This document shows positions 18,164 to 27,568 of a stretch of DNA of 59,439 nt, one piece after another. Location: the IMG/VR virus record IMGVR_UViG_3300037459_000125, positions 1-59,439 of that record; one strand, 5' to 3'. How positions within the stretch are numbered: the stretch's first letter is position 1; each line of letters begins with the position of its first letter. The notes beneath the pieces were generated by a model. It did not search any database. It was not told the DNA's origin and saw only the letters and a program-made list of their open reading frames with translations. Position numbers and translations under genes: made by a program. The stretch comes from a virus. Its lineage: Duplodnaviria; Caudoviricetes.

Positions 18164-18340
18164 ATGAATGCGAATCCCACCGATACGACTTTAGACCTGC
18201 TAAACACAAGTACCGAGGAGGTCCAAAGGCTTAGAAAAGAGCTACTGGACTGGAAGACGGCGGTGGGTTACATCAAACTAATACTAAAGAGCACGACTGA
18301 TAACCTAGGCAATATCGAACAACCAGAAGGGCCAACCTAG
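18164..18340 (+). CDS. 58-aa hypothetical protein (below ORF-track cutoff)
   Basis: AGAGGA SD; MNANPTD..EVQRLRKEL. Confidence 0.5.
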   Translation: MNANPTDTTLDLLNTSTEEVQRLRKELLDWKTAVGYIKLILKSTTDNLGNIEQPEGPT

Positions 18341-18359
18341 CGGGGGCAGGGTAGTTGGC

Positions 18360-18435
18360 TCCCCGGTAGCTCAGTTGGTAGAGCTGCGCCCTGTTAAGGC
18401 GACGGTCGCAGGTTCGAGTCCTGCCCGGGGAGCCA
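18360..18435 (+). tRNA. tRNA-Asn (GTT), CCA encoded
   Basis: TCCCCGG/CCGGGGA acceptor, GCTC/GAGC D stem, CTGTTAA loop, GCAGG-TTCGAGT-CCTGC, GCCA. Confidence 0.95.
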
Positions 18436-18439
18436 ACCG

Positions 18440-18530
18440 TCCTTGACCCACCTTGAATATCAGGTACACTATCCGATACTCAGGCTCTAACTGTCTGAAT
18501 CTTCTAGCTTTCCCGGCCCCTGGGGGACCC
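18440..18530 (+). promoter_or_regulatory. Duplicated promoter cassette copy 1 (TTGACC-16-TACACT); copy 2 at 18807..18904
   Basis: 42-bp and 24-bp exact blocks shared between the copies. Confidence 0.7.
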
Positions 18531-18652
18531 CATCCCACCAAGTTTCCATCTGTCAGAAAATACCCCTACTTTGTTTTCAGTTTTGTCAATGGGGACGGGG
18601 AGTTAGAGTGGTGGGATGAGGGAAGGGACGCCCCGCGGGGACCAAACTCTTC

Positions 18653-18709
18653 TACTCTGACTTAACTTTAGGTGGTCGGAAGTTATAGGATTTGCTAACC
18701 TTTCGGCTC
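18653..18709 (+). repeat. 57-bp direct repeat copy 2
   Basis: Matches 17890..17946. Confidence 0.85.
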
Positions 18710-18806
18710 GATAGGCACCAAATACTCCCGCTTCGCAAACGCCAGCAGACGGCGGGGATGATGAGTGTCAAGGGATCGGGGTGTCGCTGCCCTGTCCCAC
18801 GCTCCC

Positions 18807-18904
18807 TCCTTGACCCACCTTGAATATCAGGTACACTATCCGATACTCCGAGGCCAACTCCTCGGATCTTCTAGCTTTCCCGGCCCCTGTCCCCTGGGGG
18901 ACCC
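18807..18904 (+). promoter_or_regulatory. Duplicated promoter cassette copy 2
   Basis: Matches 18440..18530; precedes AGGAGGT SD. Confidence 0.7.
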
Positions 18905-18926
18905 TAGCTCCGCAGGAGGTGACCCT

Positions 18927-19127
18927 GTGACGAAGAACCTTTCCTACTCCGACCATCTACTCCAACGCCTAGACGAAGCAAGCGAAGATCTGACCACCAG
19001 CGCGGCTGAAGAGATCCGAAGACTTCGTAGATCTGTTCTAGCTTTTGAGGGTCTAGCCGAGAAACGTCGTAAAGCCCTAGCCCGAATACAACGGATTCTG
19101 CGAGACGAAGAGCAGAAACTAGGGTGA
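18927..19127 (+). CDS. Small coiled-coil protein (AA.EIRRLR)
   Basis: AGGAGGT before GTG 18927. Confidence 0.6.
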   Translation: MTKNLSYSDHLLQRLDEASEDLTTSAAEEIRRLRRSVLAFEGLAEKRRKALARIQRILRDEEQKLG

Positions 19128-19369
19128 CTAAACCCTCGGAGGACCCTGTGACGAAGACCCCGACCCCCATCATCCACGACATTCTTGACTGGCTTGAAGC
19201 TACATCAGAGGATCCTGCCTATTGTGAGGGATCCCACGAACAGGCCGCCAAGGAGATCCGGAGGCTCAGGGCGGAACTGAAAGACGCAGAAGCTAGGATA
19301 AGTCTCACTGCTAATACGATATACTTGGCGTTGGATATGCTGCAAGGTCGGGACACTGACCATGACTGA
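19124..19369 (+). CDS. Paralogous AA.EIRRLR protein
   Basis: Same motif; GTGA overlap. Confidence 0.6.
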   Translation: MTKPSEDPVTKTPTPIIHDILDWLEATSEDPAYCEGSHEQAAKEIRRLRAELKDAEARISLTANTIYLALDMLQGRDTDHD

Positions 19370-19601
19370 CCGCCCCCTCCCAAAGCTCTCCTCCAAAGCC
19401 AACATCTGTGTGCTCTGTGGGTACCCGCTACCTACCAAGACCCCCACGGGGGCCACAGCAGTAATGCAGTACCTAAAGACAGAGGAGTGTGAAGCTGTCA
19501 GTCCTGAAGCCTCAGCCCTGATCTGTACGCGAGAGCCGGGGCACCGAGGCAAGCACGCCGCCTGTGGTTTCATCGCCCATCCGTCGGACTCTTGGAAGTG
19601 A
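19362..19601 (+). CDS. Small Cys/His-rich protein
   Basis: CVLC; CTREPGHRGKH. Confidence 0.6.
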   Translation: MTDRPLPKLSSKANICVLCGYPLPTKTPTGATAVMQYLKTEECEAVSPEASALICTREPGHRGKHAACGFIAHPSDSWK

Positions 19602-20353
19602 AGAACACCAGACCGGAGCCCAAACTAAGCTCGAAGGATATCCTCATCTGGGACATCGAGACCAGCCCAAACCTCGTCTTCTCCTGGGGAATCGGCCACA
19701 AGGTCTCCATCTCCTTCGAGAACATCTACCGCGAACGGGCAATCACGTGCATAGCCTGGAAGATCCTGGGCAAGTCGAGGGTCTACTCCCTGAACTGGGA
19801 CCAGAACCACTGCGACAAGGAGATGATCGACACCTTTATAGGTCACTTGAACAACTGCCGCTACTCGGTGGCCCACAACGGGGACCGGTTCGATCTCCGA
19901 TGGCTCCGGGGCAGGGCCATGTTCCACCGGCTAGGGATGTGGCCGGAATACACCAGCGTAGATACCTTGAAGATCTTCCGGAAGCTGGCCTACCTGAACT
20001 CCTATCGGCTCGACTACCTCCTCCAATACTTTGGATTCGGCCGGAAGATCAAGGTGGACTATGATCTCTGGAAACGGGTATTCGCGGGTGAGGCCAAAGC
20101 CCTCCAGGAGATGATCCGCTATAACCGTAAGGATGTCGTGGCCTTAGAGGAACTCTACACCTTCGTCCGTCAGTATATGAGTCCTGTAGACTCTCTGACC
20201 AAGAGCTGCCGAACCTGCCCCCACTGCGCCAGTGAGAAGTTCCAGCGTAAACACCACCGGTTCACCAAGGCTGGAGGTGAGAAGATCCAACTCCAGTGTG
20301 ATGCCGGTCACTATTGGACTGTGACCGCTAGCCGGTTTTTTAGGGAGAGGTGA
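19598..20353 (+). CDS. RNase H-like DEDD (DnaQ/PolB-type) exonuclease with C-terminal zinc ribbon
   Basis: WDIETSP, AHNGDRFD, VDTLK, YNRKDV, CPHC. Confidence 0.9.
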   Translation: MKNTRPEPKLSSKDILIWDIETSPNLVFSWGIGHKVSISFENIYRERAITCIAWKILGKSRVYSLNWDQNHCDKEMIDTFIGHLNNCRYSVAHNGDRFDLRWLRGRAMFHRLGMWPEYTSVDTLKIFRKLAYLNSYRLDYLLQYFGFGRKIKVDYDLWKRVFAGEAKALQEMIRYNRKDVVALEELYTFVRQYMSPVDSLTKSCRTCPHCASEKFQRKHHRFTKAGGEKIQLQCDAGHYWTVTASRFFRER

Positions 20354-20637
20354 TGATTAAACGACACCCGAACTCAAGCCCATACGATGCAAGCGGCCTA
20401 CCACGGTCGGACCAGACACTTAACCCGGTCCAATACCGCTCTGGGAGGAAACCGATAGCTGAAGACACCCGAATTCAAAATGTAGTAAACAGATGGCGAG
20501 ATTCCTACAAGAACGCCGATGATGCAATAATGTCTGAGCTGAAACAGATACTTGGCGGAAGGTTGAGTGAAAAAGTGCAGTTCTACGAGACGGGCTACAT
20601 TCGTATCAACGGTGTTATGTATGAGCCCCCTGAGTAA
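20350..20637 (+). CDS. Hypothetical protein
   Basis: Overlap with the upstream gene. Confidence 0.5.
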   Translation: MMIKRHPNSSPYDASGLPRSDQTLNPVQYRSGRKPIAEDTRIQNVVNRWRDSYKNADDAIMSELKQILGGRLSEKVQFYETGYIRINGVMYEPPE

Positions 20638-20705
20638 CGCTAGAAAGCTATAAATGCCTCCTCGCCCCAACCGTGACCGCTAACAGATTCTTCAGGGAGA
20701 GATAG

Positions 20706-20933
20706 ATGGCAATCTCCATCCAGGCTAGATGTAGGCGGTGTCAAGAAATCCATGAGTTTGAATCTCCGTTTGACGATAGAACTGAGTTCTTTTTATGGAT
20801 TATGGGAGGTTCAAGCCGGGATTTGAGACACAATGGACCTCCAAGCGTCATTATACGAGATTGCCCAAACTGTGGGTACGATGCGATATTCGATTTCCTA
20901 GGTAGCGTTCTAAGCACCTACCCGGAGGGTTGA
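20706..20933 (+). CDS. Zinc-ribbon protein
   Basis: CRRC...CPNC; GGGAG SD. Confidence 0.6.
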   Translation: MAISIQARCRRCQEIHEFESPFDDRTEFFLWIMGGSSRDLRHNGPPSVIIRDCPNCGYDAIFDFLGSVLSTYPEG

Positions 20934-21322
20934 TGGCCGCCCGCTCCAACCGTGACCGTGTCCTCCAAATAGCACGGTGGCTGGCCGCGGAGTTCCCGGC
21001 TCCCTACCCGGTCACCGTCCGCTGCCCGAAGAAGATCGCGGCCCTCCCGGGCTCCAAGGGCCTCGATGTCCAGATCGGGGATTCCGGAGTTACCCGACAG
21101 CGGGGCCGTAGAATTACCATCAACATTGCAGTTCGACCCGGATTCTCCCGGGCGACGGTGATCGACTCCATCCTCCACGAATGGGCCCATGCAGCCACAG
21201 TCCGCCATGCGGATATAGAGATGAACCGGGGTGATCATGATGATGAGTGGGCGCTGATGTACGGTAGGATCTACCGAAGGTTCTTCGATGAGGATGGGTG
21301 TAAGGATAGTGAGGATTTTTAG
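20933..21322 (+). CDS. HExxH zincin-like (SprT/IrrE-like) protein
   Basis: ILHEWAHA...HDDEW. Confidence 0.75.
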   Translation: MAARSNRDRVLQIARWLAAEFPAPYPVTVRCPKKIAALPGSKGLDVQIGDSGVTRQRGRRITINIAVRPGFSRATVIDSILHEWAHAATVRHADIEMNRGDHDDEWALMYGRIYRRFFDEDGCKDSEDF

Positions 21323-21541
21323 ATGAGACGACATATCTGGGTAGTTGAGCAGCGAGACCCGAAGCGTTCTCACCTGTGGAACAATGGTACCCGAGAAAGC
21401 TGTTTCATACGGGAAAAAGATGCTGTGATCGACGCTAGACGGTCTAGAGGCCAAAGCAACGAGTTTGGTTGGGGGCTTGAGTATCGTGTAGCCAAATACA
21501 CCCCCCACGATCCACTTGAACACTACCGGGGTGGATACTGA
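21323..21541 (+). CDS. Hypothetical protein
   Basis: Tiles the operon. Confidence 0.5.
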   Translation: MRRHIWVVEQRDPKRSHLWNNGTRESCFIREKDAVIDARRSRGQSNEFGWGLEYRVAKYTPHDPLEHYRGGY

Positions 21542-21591
21542 TCCCCTCAGCGAGCGTAGCGAGCTAAGCACTCCAGACTTCCCCCCGGGGG

Positions 21592-21620
21592 TTGCGCTCC
21601 GGTTCCCCCCGGGGTATCCT
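21592..21620 (+). promoter_or_regulatory. Promoter TTGCGC-17-TATCCT with C/G palindrome in the spacer
   Basis: ATG 21628 lies 7 nt after the -10 element with no SD (leaderless geometry). Confidence 0.5.
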
Positions 21621-21627
21621 CCCTGAA

Positions 21628-22281
21628 ATGTCCCAGACCCCCGTAGTACCAGACCCTCGTCCCGAGCCTCCTGTCTCACGCGAGCGGGCCAAGGACTATC
21701 AACTTGAAACCATCGCGCAGTTGTCAACCTTAGGGACTCCTGTGGCGACTATGGCTCAAGTGACCGGACTCTCCGAGCGATACGTTGACCGACTCTTGTC
21801 GGACGGTCGTAACGAGAAGTTCAACAAGCTCCGCGAGCGGTACAAGGAAACGAACCTCAAAAACGTAATAGGTTCCCACTTTCAGCTCGTGGATATGATC
21901 CCCCAAGCTCTACAGGCTTTCTCCGATGCCCTAGGGGGACAAGATGTACGGCTGCGAAAGGAGACCGCCCAGTGGATCTGGGACCAAGTGGTCCCGAACC
22001 TGAACGGTAAAAACGGCTCCGATAAACAGGATGCCCTCTCCATCACCATCAACCAGCCGCATGTACAGACTCAAATTGGTGAGACTATGGCCAACGTCGC
22101 CTATATGCTGTCGGGACTACGAGACGCCATCTCAAGCCAAGACCCCAACGCACATATACTGATCGGCACGGATGCCCTACCGGTACCTGAAGCCCAGCTT
22201 GAGGTATCGGGGGGGCCGGCTCCCTTGGGGGAATCATCCGGTAAGGGTGACCTACTGACCGAAGTGGTCGAGGAGAGATAA
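21628..22281 (+). CDS. Putative terminase small subunit
   Basis: N-terminal HTH-like segment (VATMAQVTGLSERYVDRLL); upstream of TerL. Confidence 0.55.
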   Translation: MSQTPVVPDPRPEPPVSRERAKDYQLETIAQLSTLGTPVATMAQVTGLSERYVDRLLSDGRNEKFNKLRERYKETNLKNVIGSHFQLVDMIPQALQAFSDALGGQDVRLRKETAQWIWDQVVPNLNGKNGSDKQDALSITINQPHVQTQIGETMANVAYMLSGLRDAISSQDPNAHILIGTDALPVPEAQLEVSGGPAPLGESSGKGDLLTEVVEER

Positions 22282-22282
22282 C

Positions 22283-22561
22283 GTGGCACAGAACGCTGGC
22301 GCGGGAACTAGAGGACAAGCAAGGCGAAGGGGGACAGGCGCAACAGGAATGTCTCTCCCTACAGGGGGTGCTAGTCGATTAGCCACACCCGCCCCTCTCG
22401 CTGGTCCCTCACCCCTCGCCGCACCGCCCGCTGTACCCACAACCGACTTTTCTGCCTTAGGCCCAGCCCAGAGCGCATCAATACAAGGACTGATGGAACT
22501 GTTCGGACGGATACGATCCAACCGGGGGGGGTTTGGCGGTAACGGAGGCTCCAAGGGGTGA
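22283..22561 (+). CDS. Low-complexity small protein
   Basis: GAGGAG SD; GTGA overlap with TerL. Confidence 0.5.
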   Translation: MAQNAGAGTRGQARRRGTGATGMSLPTGGASRLATPAPLAGPSPLAAPPAVPTTDFSALGPAQSASIQGLMELFGRIRSNRGGFGGNGGSKG

Positions 22562-24324
22562 GCTTCAATCTCGGCCTCGGCGTCCTCGAAGACATGAAGA
22601 CATCCGGAGGATCCCCGCGTGATCTCTCCCATCCCCAACTCAATCTCCTCAAGGAAGCCTTCGAGGACCAAGACATCGGTCTGTACTTATTCTCCACCCA
22701 GATCTTTGGTTACAAAGACCTAACACTCAGTATCCACCTTCCCATCAGCCGCTTCTTGGGGAAATGGGGCATGTCTGAAACTACTCGGTCGGGGACCATC
22801 TGGACCCCACCTACCGAGACCGACGGCCTCGTCACCGACTCCTGGCGGCGGCTGATGGTCTGTATCCCCCGCGAACACTTCAAGACCTCGATGTGTACTC
22901 GCGCCCTAGCACTCTGGACTCTTGCCCGCAACCCAGACGCGACCATAGGTATCTTCAATGAAAAAGAAGAGAATGCACAGAGCTGGACCGCGGCGATAGC
23001 GGAAGTAGTCGAGTCGTCCTTGTTGTTCCAACTGATCTGGCGTGATATGATCCCGCAAGGAATCGGATTCTGGGACAAGGAGAACGGAGTAACTCGACCT
23101 AGAGGATTGAAGTGGGGGGGTACTGGTCTCAAATTTGTACGGCCCACAATTGGTGTACCCGAACTTTCGATTGAGCCTCGCGGCATCGGGGGCGCGGTTA
23201 CCGGCAAGCACTACACTCATAAGATCCTAGACGACATCATCGGGGAGAAGACCAGTGACTCAGTCGCACTTATGCAAGACGCTATTAACTGGATCGACCA
23301 CTCTAGGCCGTTGGAACGTCCTGCCGAGAATGGTCAAGAGTTGGTTGTCCATACCCCGTGGGCCTATGCTGACGTATACGCTCACATGCTCAAAAAGTGG
23401 AAAGGTGAGTATAAAGTCCACAAGCGACACCTCCTAGAAGACAAGAACGGCAACCCCAGTCTTCAGGGGAAGTCCATCTTCCCCCAGAAGATCTCCACCA
23501 CCAAAGCCCGCCAGATGTGCAAGACAGACCCCTTCGTCTTCTGGGCTCAGTATATGTGCATCCCCAAAGCCGGTAGAACGCTGGACTTCGACGACGCATG
23601 GTTCCGCTTCGGTCGCCTAACATACTCCGGGAAGGAACCGGTGTTCGCCATTGACAAAAAGTACTACGACCCTGAGATATACGATCTGGAAGCGACTGTT
23701 TCTGTGGAGGGCCCGCCTCGGCTCATACCGCTCTCTTGGATGGAGAAGGCCGTCATCTTCGATCCGATCCCCGGGAAGGAATCGGAAAGGAAGAAAGAAA
23801 CCTACTGCCGACACGGACTTGTAGTAGTCGGTAAGGACCCCTGGGGACGTCGCTACGTCCTAGAGTCCGAACGGAGTGACCTCAATGAAACGGATGTCTG
23901 CCATCGGCTACTTACTCTCGCTAAGAAATGGAACGTCGATAAGATCGGTATCGAAGCCGTCAACGCCTTCCATCTCTACGGTCCGCTCCTCACTCTACTC
24001 TCTGAACGAGATTGGGATGACTACCTGCCCGACATCATATACGTTGAGCCGGAGGGCCGACAGAAGGACCAAAGGATTAGGGCGGACCTCGGACCCATGC
24101 ACCAAAACGGATTCTGGTACTACAACCGAGAAGGGACCTCCGAAGCCATCGAAGAGCTAACTGAGTTCCCCCACTCCACCTACAAAGATGTCTCTGATGC
24201 CCAGTCCTACACAGACAAGGTCTGCATCCGGCCCAACACCCCAGACGAAGCCCGAAGCTCTTGGTACAACGAAAAGATCGCTGAACGGGAGCGGGGACAG
24301 ACTGGTTATGGAGATTTCTTCTAG
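22558..24324 (+). CDS. terL: Terminase large subunit
   Basis: PREHFKTS (Walker A variant), VTGKHY..ILDD (Walker B), TPW, AQYMCIP; nuclease IFDP, GIEAV, FPHSTYKDVSDA. Confidence 0.92.
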   Translation: MSFNLGLGVLEDMKTSGGSPRDLSHPQLNLLKEAFEDQDIGLYLFSTQIFGYKDLTLSIHLPISRFLGKWGMSETTRSGTIWTPPTETDGLVTDSWRRLMVCIPREHFKTSMCTRALALWTLARNPDATIGIFNEKEENAQSWTAAIAEVVESSLLFQLIWRDMIPQGIGFWDKENGVTRPRGLKWGGTGLKFVRPTIGVPELSIEPRGIGGAVTGKHYTHKILDDIIGEKTSDSVALMQDAINWIDHSRPLERPAENGQELVVHTPWAYADVYAHMLKKWKGEYKVHKRHLLEDKNGNPSLQGKSIFPQKISTTKARQMCKTDPFVFWAQYMCIPKAGRTLDFDDAWFRFGRLTYSGKEPVFAIDKKYYDPEIYDLEATVSVEGPPRLIPLSWMEKAVIFDPIPGKESERKKETYCRHGLVVVGKDPWGRRYVLESERSDLNETDVCHRLLTLAKKWNVDKIGIEAVNAFHLYGPLLTLLSERDWDDYLPDIIYVEPEGRQKDQRIRADLGPMHQNGFWYYNREGTSEAIEELTEFPHSTYKDVSDAQSYTDKVCIRPNTPDEARSSWYNEKIAERERGQTGYGDFF

Positions 24325-24533
24325 TGGGACTCATGCACACCTACATCATTTGGCCCCTGACCTCCGCAACCAAGTTCAAATTCCTAGAGCTAATCCACGA
24401 ATACGAACAAGTAGAGGAAGACTCAGATGCCGCAAAAGCAATCTGTGAGGGGATACGTTCCCTTCCAGGCTACCCAAAGCTAGCCCCCGACATGAGTGAC
24501 ATCCTACTAGAAGTCACTGACGTAATGAACTGA
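24324..24533 (+). CDS. Hypothetical protein
   Basis: Abuts the TerL stop. Confidence 0.55.
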   Translation: MGLMHTYIIWPLTSATKFKFLELIHEYEQVEEDSDAAKAICEGIRSLPGYPKLAPDMSDILLEVTDVMN

Positions 24534-24544
24534 AAGGAACCCTA

Positions 24545-25123
24545 ATGGAACTCTCAATGCCCAAGACAGTCCCCGAAACCGAGCCCGGAAGTGTCTACGT
24601 TCCGCGGCCCTTCACTTTCACCCACATCCCGGACCTAAGGGAGTTGCTTCCTAAATTCCGGGGGCGTCCCGGCTTCGAGTATCTCCAGTGCTGTGTAGCC
24701 AACCTCCGCCGCGCCCAAGACGAGGGCTGGACCGAAGTGGAGAACACCGTCATCTACACCATCGAGGGCCCCAAGGGCGAAGCTAGCATGAAGCTCCTCG
24801 CCCGTGGTAAGCCCATCCCAGGAGCCACCCACAACGCCGGAGCCCGCCTCTGTGTCTGTGACAAGTCCGTAGAGGGCTTGACCGGAGTCTGGATCAACCC
24901 TCACCGCCACGAAGAATCTCCGGAGGTTCCAGATTTGACGACCAGTGGAGATGAGACTACGTGTGTAGATTTGACGACTCAGGGGGGCCCCGCGACACCG
25001 AAGAGAGTCGAAGAACCTAAGTACGAGGTTGGTACCTCAGATTCTAATGTCAACACGGCAGTAAACAACCCACCGGATGAGACTCCGGTATTCCGCTCCG
25101 GAGGAGGTCCAAGTGCCGCATAG
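24545..25123 (+). CDS. Head-module protein, resembles 28432..29022
   Basis: PGFEY...EGWTEV...KLLAR; AAGGA SD. Confidence 0.6.
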   Translation: MELSMPKTVPETEPGSVYVPRPFTFTHIPDLRELLPKFRGRPGFEYLQCCVANLRRAQDEGWTEVENTVIYTIEGPKGEASMKLLARGKPIPGATHNAGARLCVCDKSVEGLTGVWINPHRHEESPEVPDLTTSGDETTCVDLTTQGGPATPKRVEEPKYEVGTSDSNVNTAVNNPPDETPVFRSGGGPSAA

Positions 25124-25372
25124 TCGAAGTCTAGCCGACCTTAGAGGACACCAGAGGTCCGACGCTCCCGTAGTAGGGGCGACCAACTTCGCCGGAGGTG
25201 CGGGGACTCCTGCTCCGTCTCCTACCCCGGTCGGTGCTCCCAAACAGCAGACCACCACAGCCGACGGGCCCATCGGAGAGCGAATCGGCAAACGAGTCCA
25301 AGGAGCCAAGGACAGTGTCCAAGGTGTCAAGGATCTAGTCAAGAAACTTGGTGGTTCCTCGGGATCCTTTCC

Positions 25373-27349
25373 TTGATCCTCCCGGGCCAAGCGCTCCCGA
25401 TCTCCGACAAGGTCTCCGAAGGCTTGGGCCGAGAACTGTCCCAAGCCATAGACGACATGGAGTCGAACTTCTCGACCTTCTTTGACGACATCGAGACGCA
25501 CTGGAAGTGGTACGAGGCCACTCCCCTGACCCAAGGCCCGCGCAACTTCCCCTTCAAGGGAGCCAGCAACATCGTAGTCCCCCTGATCCAGATCATGGCC
25601 GACACCTTCGTCAACCGAGCCTATGCTTCGATCTTCGGTCAGAGGGAAAGGGTCTGGTCACTCTCCACAGAGAGGGAGGACCTGGACCGTCAGGTCAAGG
25701 ACGTAGCCCGTTGGCTAAACTGGGCTGCTAACGACAACGACTTCTCCATCCGGCTCCCTGCCTACGACCAGATGCTAGAGATGGCAGTTATCGGCTCCTC
25801 CGTCATAGGTCTTAACTGGAGGACTGATGTCCGCTGGGCCTACGTGGGCACCGGTAAGAAGCTTCGAGCCCAACAGGTCCGCTACGCCCGTGGAGCCCAC
25901 CCCGAGCACATCCCCCGCGAACAGATCCTCTGGGACACGAACTTCCTGATCCAAGACGCCCCGATGGTGGTCCGGGAGTTCCGACTCCAGTGGACCCAGC
26001 TCCGTAACCTCGCGGCTCTCAACGAAGCCTACGACAAAGAGGCCGTAGAGTTGATCCAAGGCCACGGTGGCCCCCGCGGACCCTCCCAAAGAATTAGGGA
26101 GGCCAAAGAACGGGAGGACGGACGCCAGCCCTCCGTCATGGGCGCGGACACCGAGCACGATATCCGGGAGATCCACCTCGACTGGCCGATGCTGGACCAA
26201 CTGGGCTTCGAGTCTGATGTGGCCCCCAAGCCCGGTAAGGAACGGATGAAGACCCCATCTCCCCCAATCGTCGTAACCCTAGACCGCAACAGTCAGAGGG
26301 TCCTAAAGGTAATCGCCGAGCCCTACTTCTTCCCCTTCAAACCCTTCTTCGACATCTTCTACCGGAAGCGATCCGGTCGGGGCCACAGCGCAGGCATGGC
26401 CAAGAAGCTCGAACACCTACAGCGCTCAATGACCACCAGTCTCAACCAGGCCCACGATGCTCGAACCCGTGCCAACGCTGTCTGGGCCAAGACCAAGCGC
26501 CGCGACATGCTCAACCGTCCCATCGACCCCTCGACCATGATCTACGATCCGGACATGAAATCGGTGGAAGCCTTCAGCCTAGGCCCCCAGTCCACTTTCG
26601 ACGACATGAGGATCCTCACCGCCGTAAACACAATGGCGGAACGCCTGACTGGTATGTCCGACCCCGCAATGGGCCGCGAGACTCGCCAAGGTGGTCACCC
26701 CTCTCCGGCCACCTCCACCCTCGCTCTCCTAGACCAGTCGGAGATAATGCAGGGCACCACCCGGGAACTAATCCGTAGCCAATACAGCCGACTCGGGGAG
26801 GCCATTGCCTCCCTCTACCAACAGTTCGAGACCAACGATGACGGGAAGCTCCAACGACTCCTGGGCGAAGGGGACGCCAAGAACGTAGAAGAGTTCCTCT
26901 TCCCCACCGACCCAGTCTCCGGCTCCCTAATGTTCGACGTTACCGCCATGTCCTCACACAACACCCCGAAGGCGGAGATGGAGAAATCCATCCTCATCAG
27001 CCAGATGAACAGCAACTATTGGCTGATGCTAATCAAGGGTGTCCAATTCCTAGAGAACCCCCAAGTGGGACCAATGGTCAAGGAAGCCATCATTGGAGCT
27101 ATCCGGGCCTCAACCAAATCCCACCTCAGATTCCTAGAATCAGGAGACATAGATGACCTCGAACGATACGTCTTTAGCCTCGCCGAGAACGAACGGAGCG
27201 GAGCCGATGACCTACGAGAAGCTGCGGGACGCGCCACAGAGATTGCGGAAGCTCGCTTGGGTGCTCAAGGGGGCGGAGTGGGAGGCCCTGGCGGAGTTCC
27301 TACAAATGGAGCGGCAGGACCGCCTCAGCCTACTGGAGGATTCCAATGA
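25373..27349 (+). CDS. Portal protein (podovirus/P22-like)
   Basis: 658 aa after TerL; FPFKGASNIVVPLI, GMAKKLEHLQ, ERLTG, ATST. Confidence 0.88.
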   Translation: MILPGQALPISDKVSEGLGRELSQAIDDMESNFSTFFDDIETHWKWYEATPLTQGPRNFPFKGASNIVVPLIQIMADTFVNRAYASIFGQRERVWSLSTEREDLDRQVKDVARWLNWAANDNDFSIRLPAYDQMLEMAVIGSSVIGLNWRTDVRWAYVGTGKKLRAQQVRYARGAHPEHIPREQILWDTNFLIQDAPMVVREFRLQWTQLRNLAALNEAYDKEAVELIQGHGGPRGPSQRIREAKEREDGRQPSVMGADTEHDIREIHLDWPMLDQLGFESDVAPKPGKERMKTPSPPIVVTLDRNSQRVLKVIAEPYFFPFKPFFDIFYRKRSGRGHSAGMAKKLEHLQRSMTTSLNQAHDARTRANAVWAKTKRRDMLNRPIDPSTMIYDPDMKSVEAFSLGPQSTFDDMRILTAVNTMAERLTGMSDPAMGRETRQGGHPSPATSTLALLDQSEIMQGTTRELIRSQYSRLGEAIASLYQQFETNDDGKLQRLLGEGDAKNVEEFLFPTDPVSGSLMFDVTAMSSHNTPKAEMEKSILISQMNSNYWLMLIKGVQFLENPQVGPMVKEAIIGAIRASTKSHLRFLESGDIDDLERYVFSLAENERSGADDLREAAGRATEIAEARLGAQGGGVGGPGGVPTNGAAGPPQPTGGFQ

Positions 27350-27527
27350 TCCAGCCGAACGTGAAGCCTGTCGAATTATTGCTAAGTGGATCAAGAACTT
27401 CCTTGGGGTGGCTCGGGATTATATCTTGGATCAAGACACTGCGGACCGCGAGCCCGTGGCCGAAACCGAGCCCGATTATATGGCCCGAGACAGCAGCAGC
27501 ACAGTCCCCCCAGGGGACCCTACTTGA
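27207..27527 (+). CDS. Small post-portal head protein
   Basis: GGAG before ATG 27207; EWEALAEFL helix. Confidence 0.6.
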   Translation: MTYEKLRDAPQRLRKLAWVLKGAEWEALAEFLQMERQDRLSLLEDSNDPAEREACRIIAKWIKNFLGVARDYILDQDTADREPVAETEPDYMARDSSSTVPPGDPT

Positions 27528-27552
27528 CAGAACTGTCCCCGCGGGGCATTAT
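27524..27552 (+). promoter_or_regulatory. Promoter TTGACA-17-CATTAT with CCCCGCGGGG in the spacer
   Basis: Directly upstream of the scaffold SD. Confidence 0.55.
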
Positions 27553-27568
27553 CTAGAAAGGAACCCCT

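Noticed and set aside
17890-18904. CRISPR array
   Set aside because: Only two copies of each repeat, long irregular spacing and no cas genes; the PD-(D/E)XK gene is an ordinary recombination nuclease.
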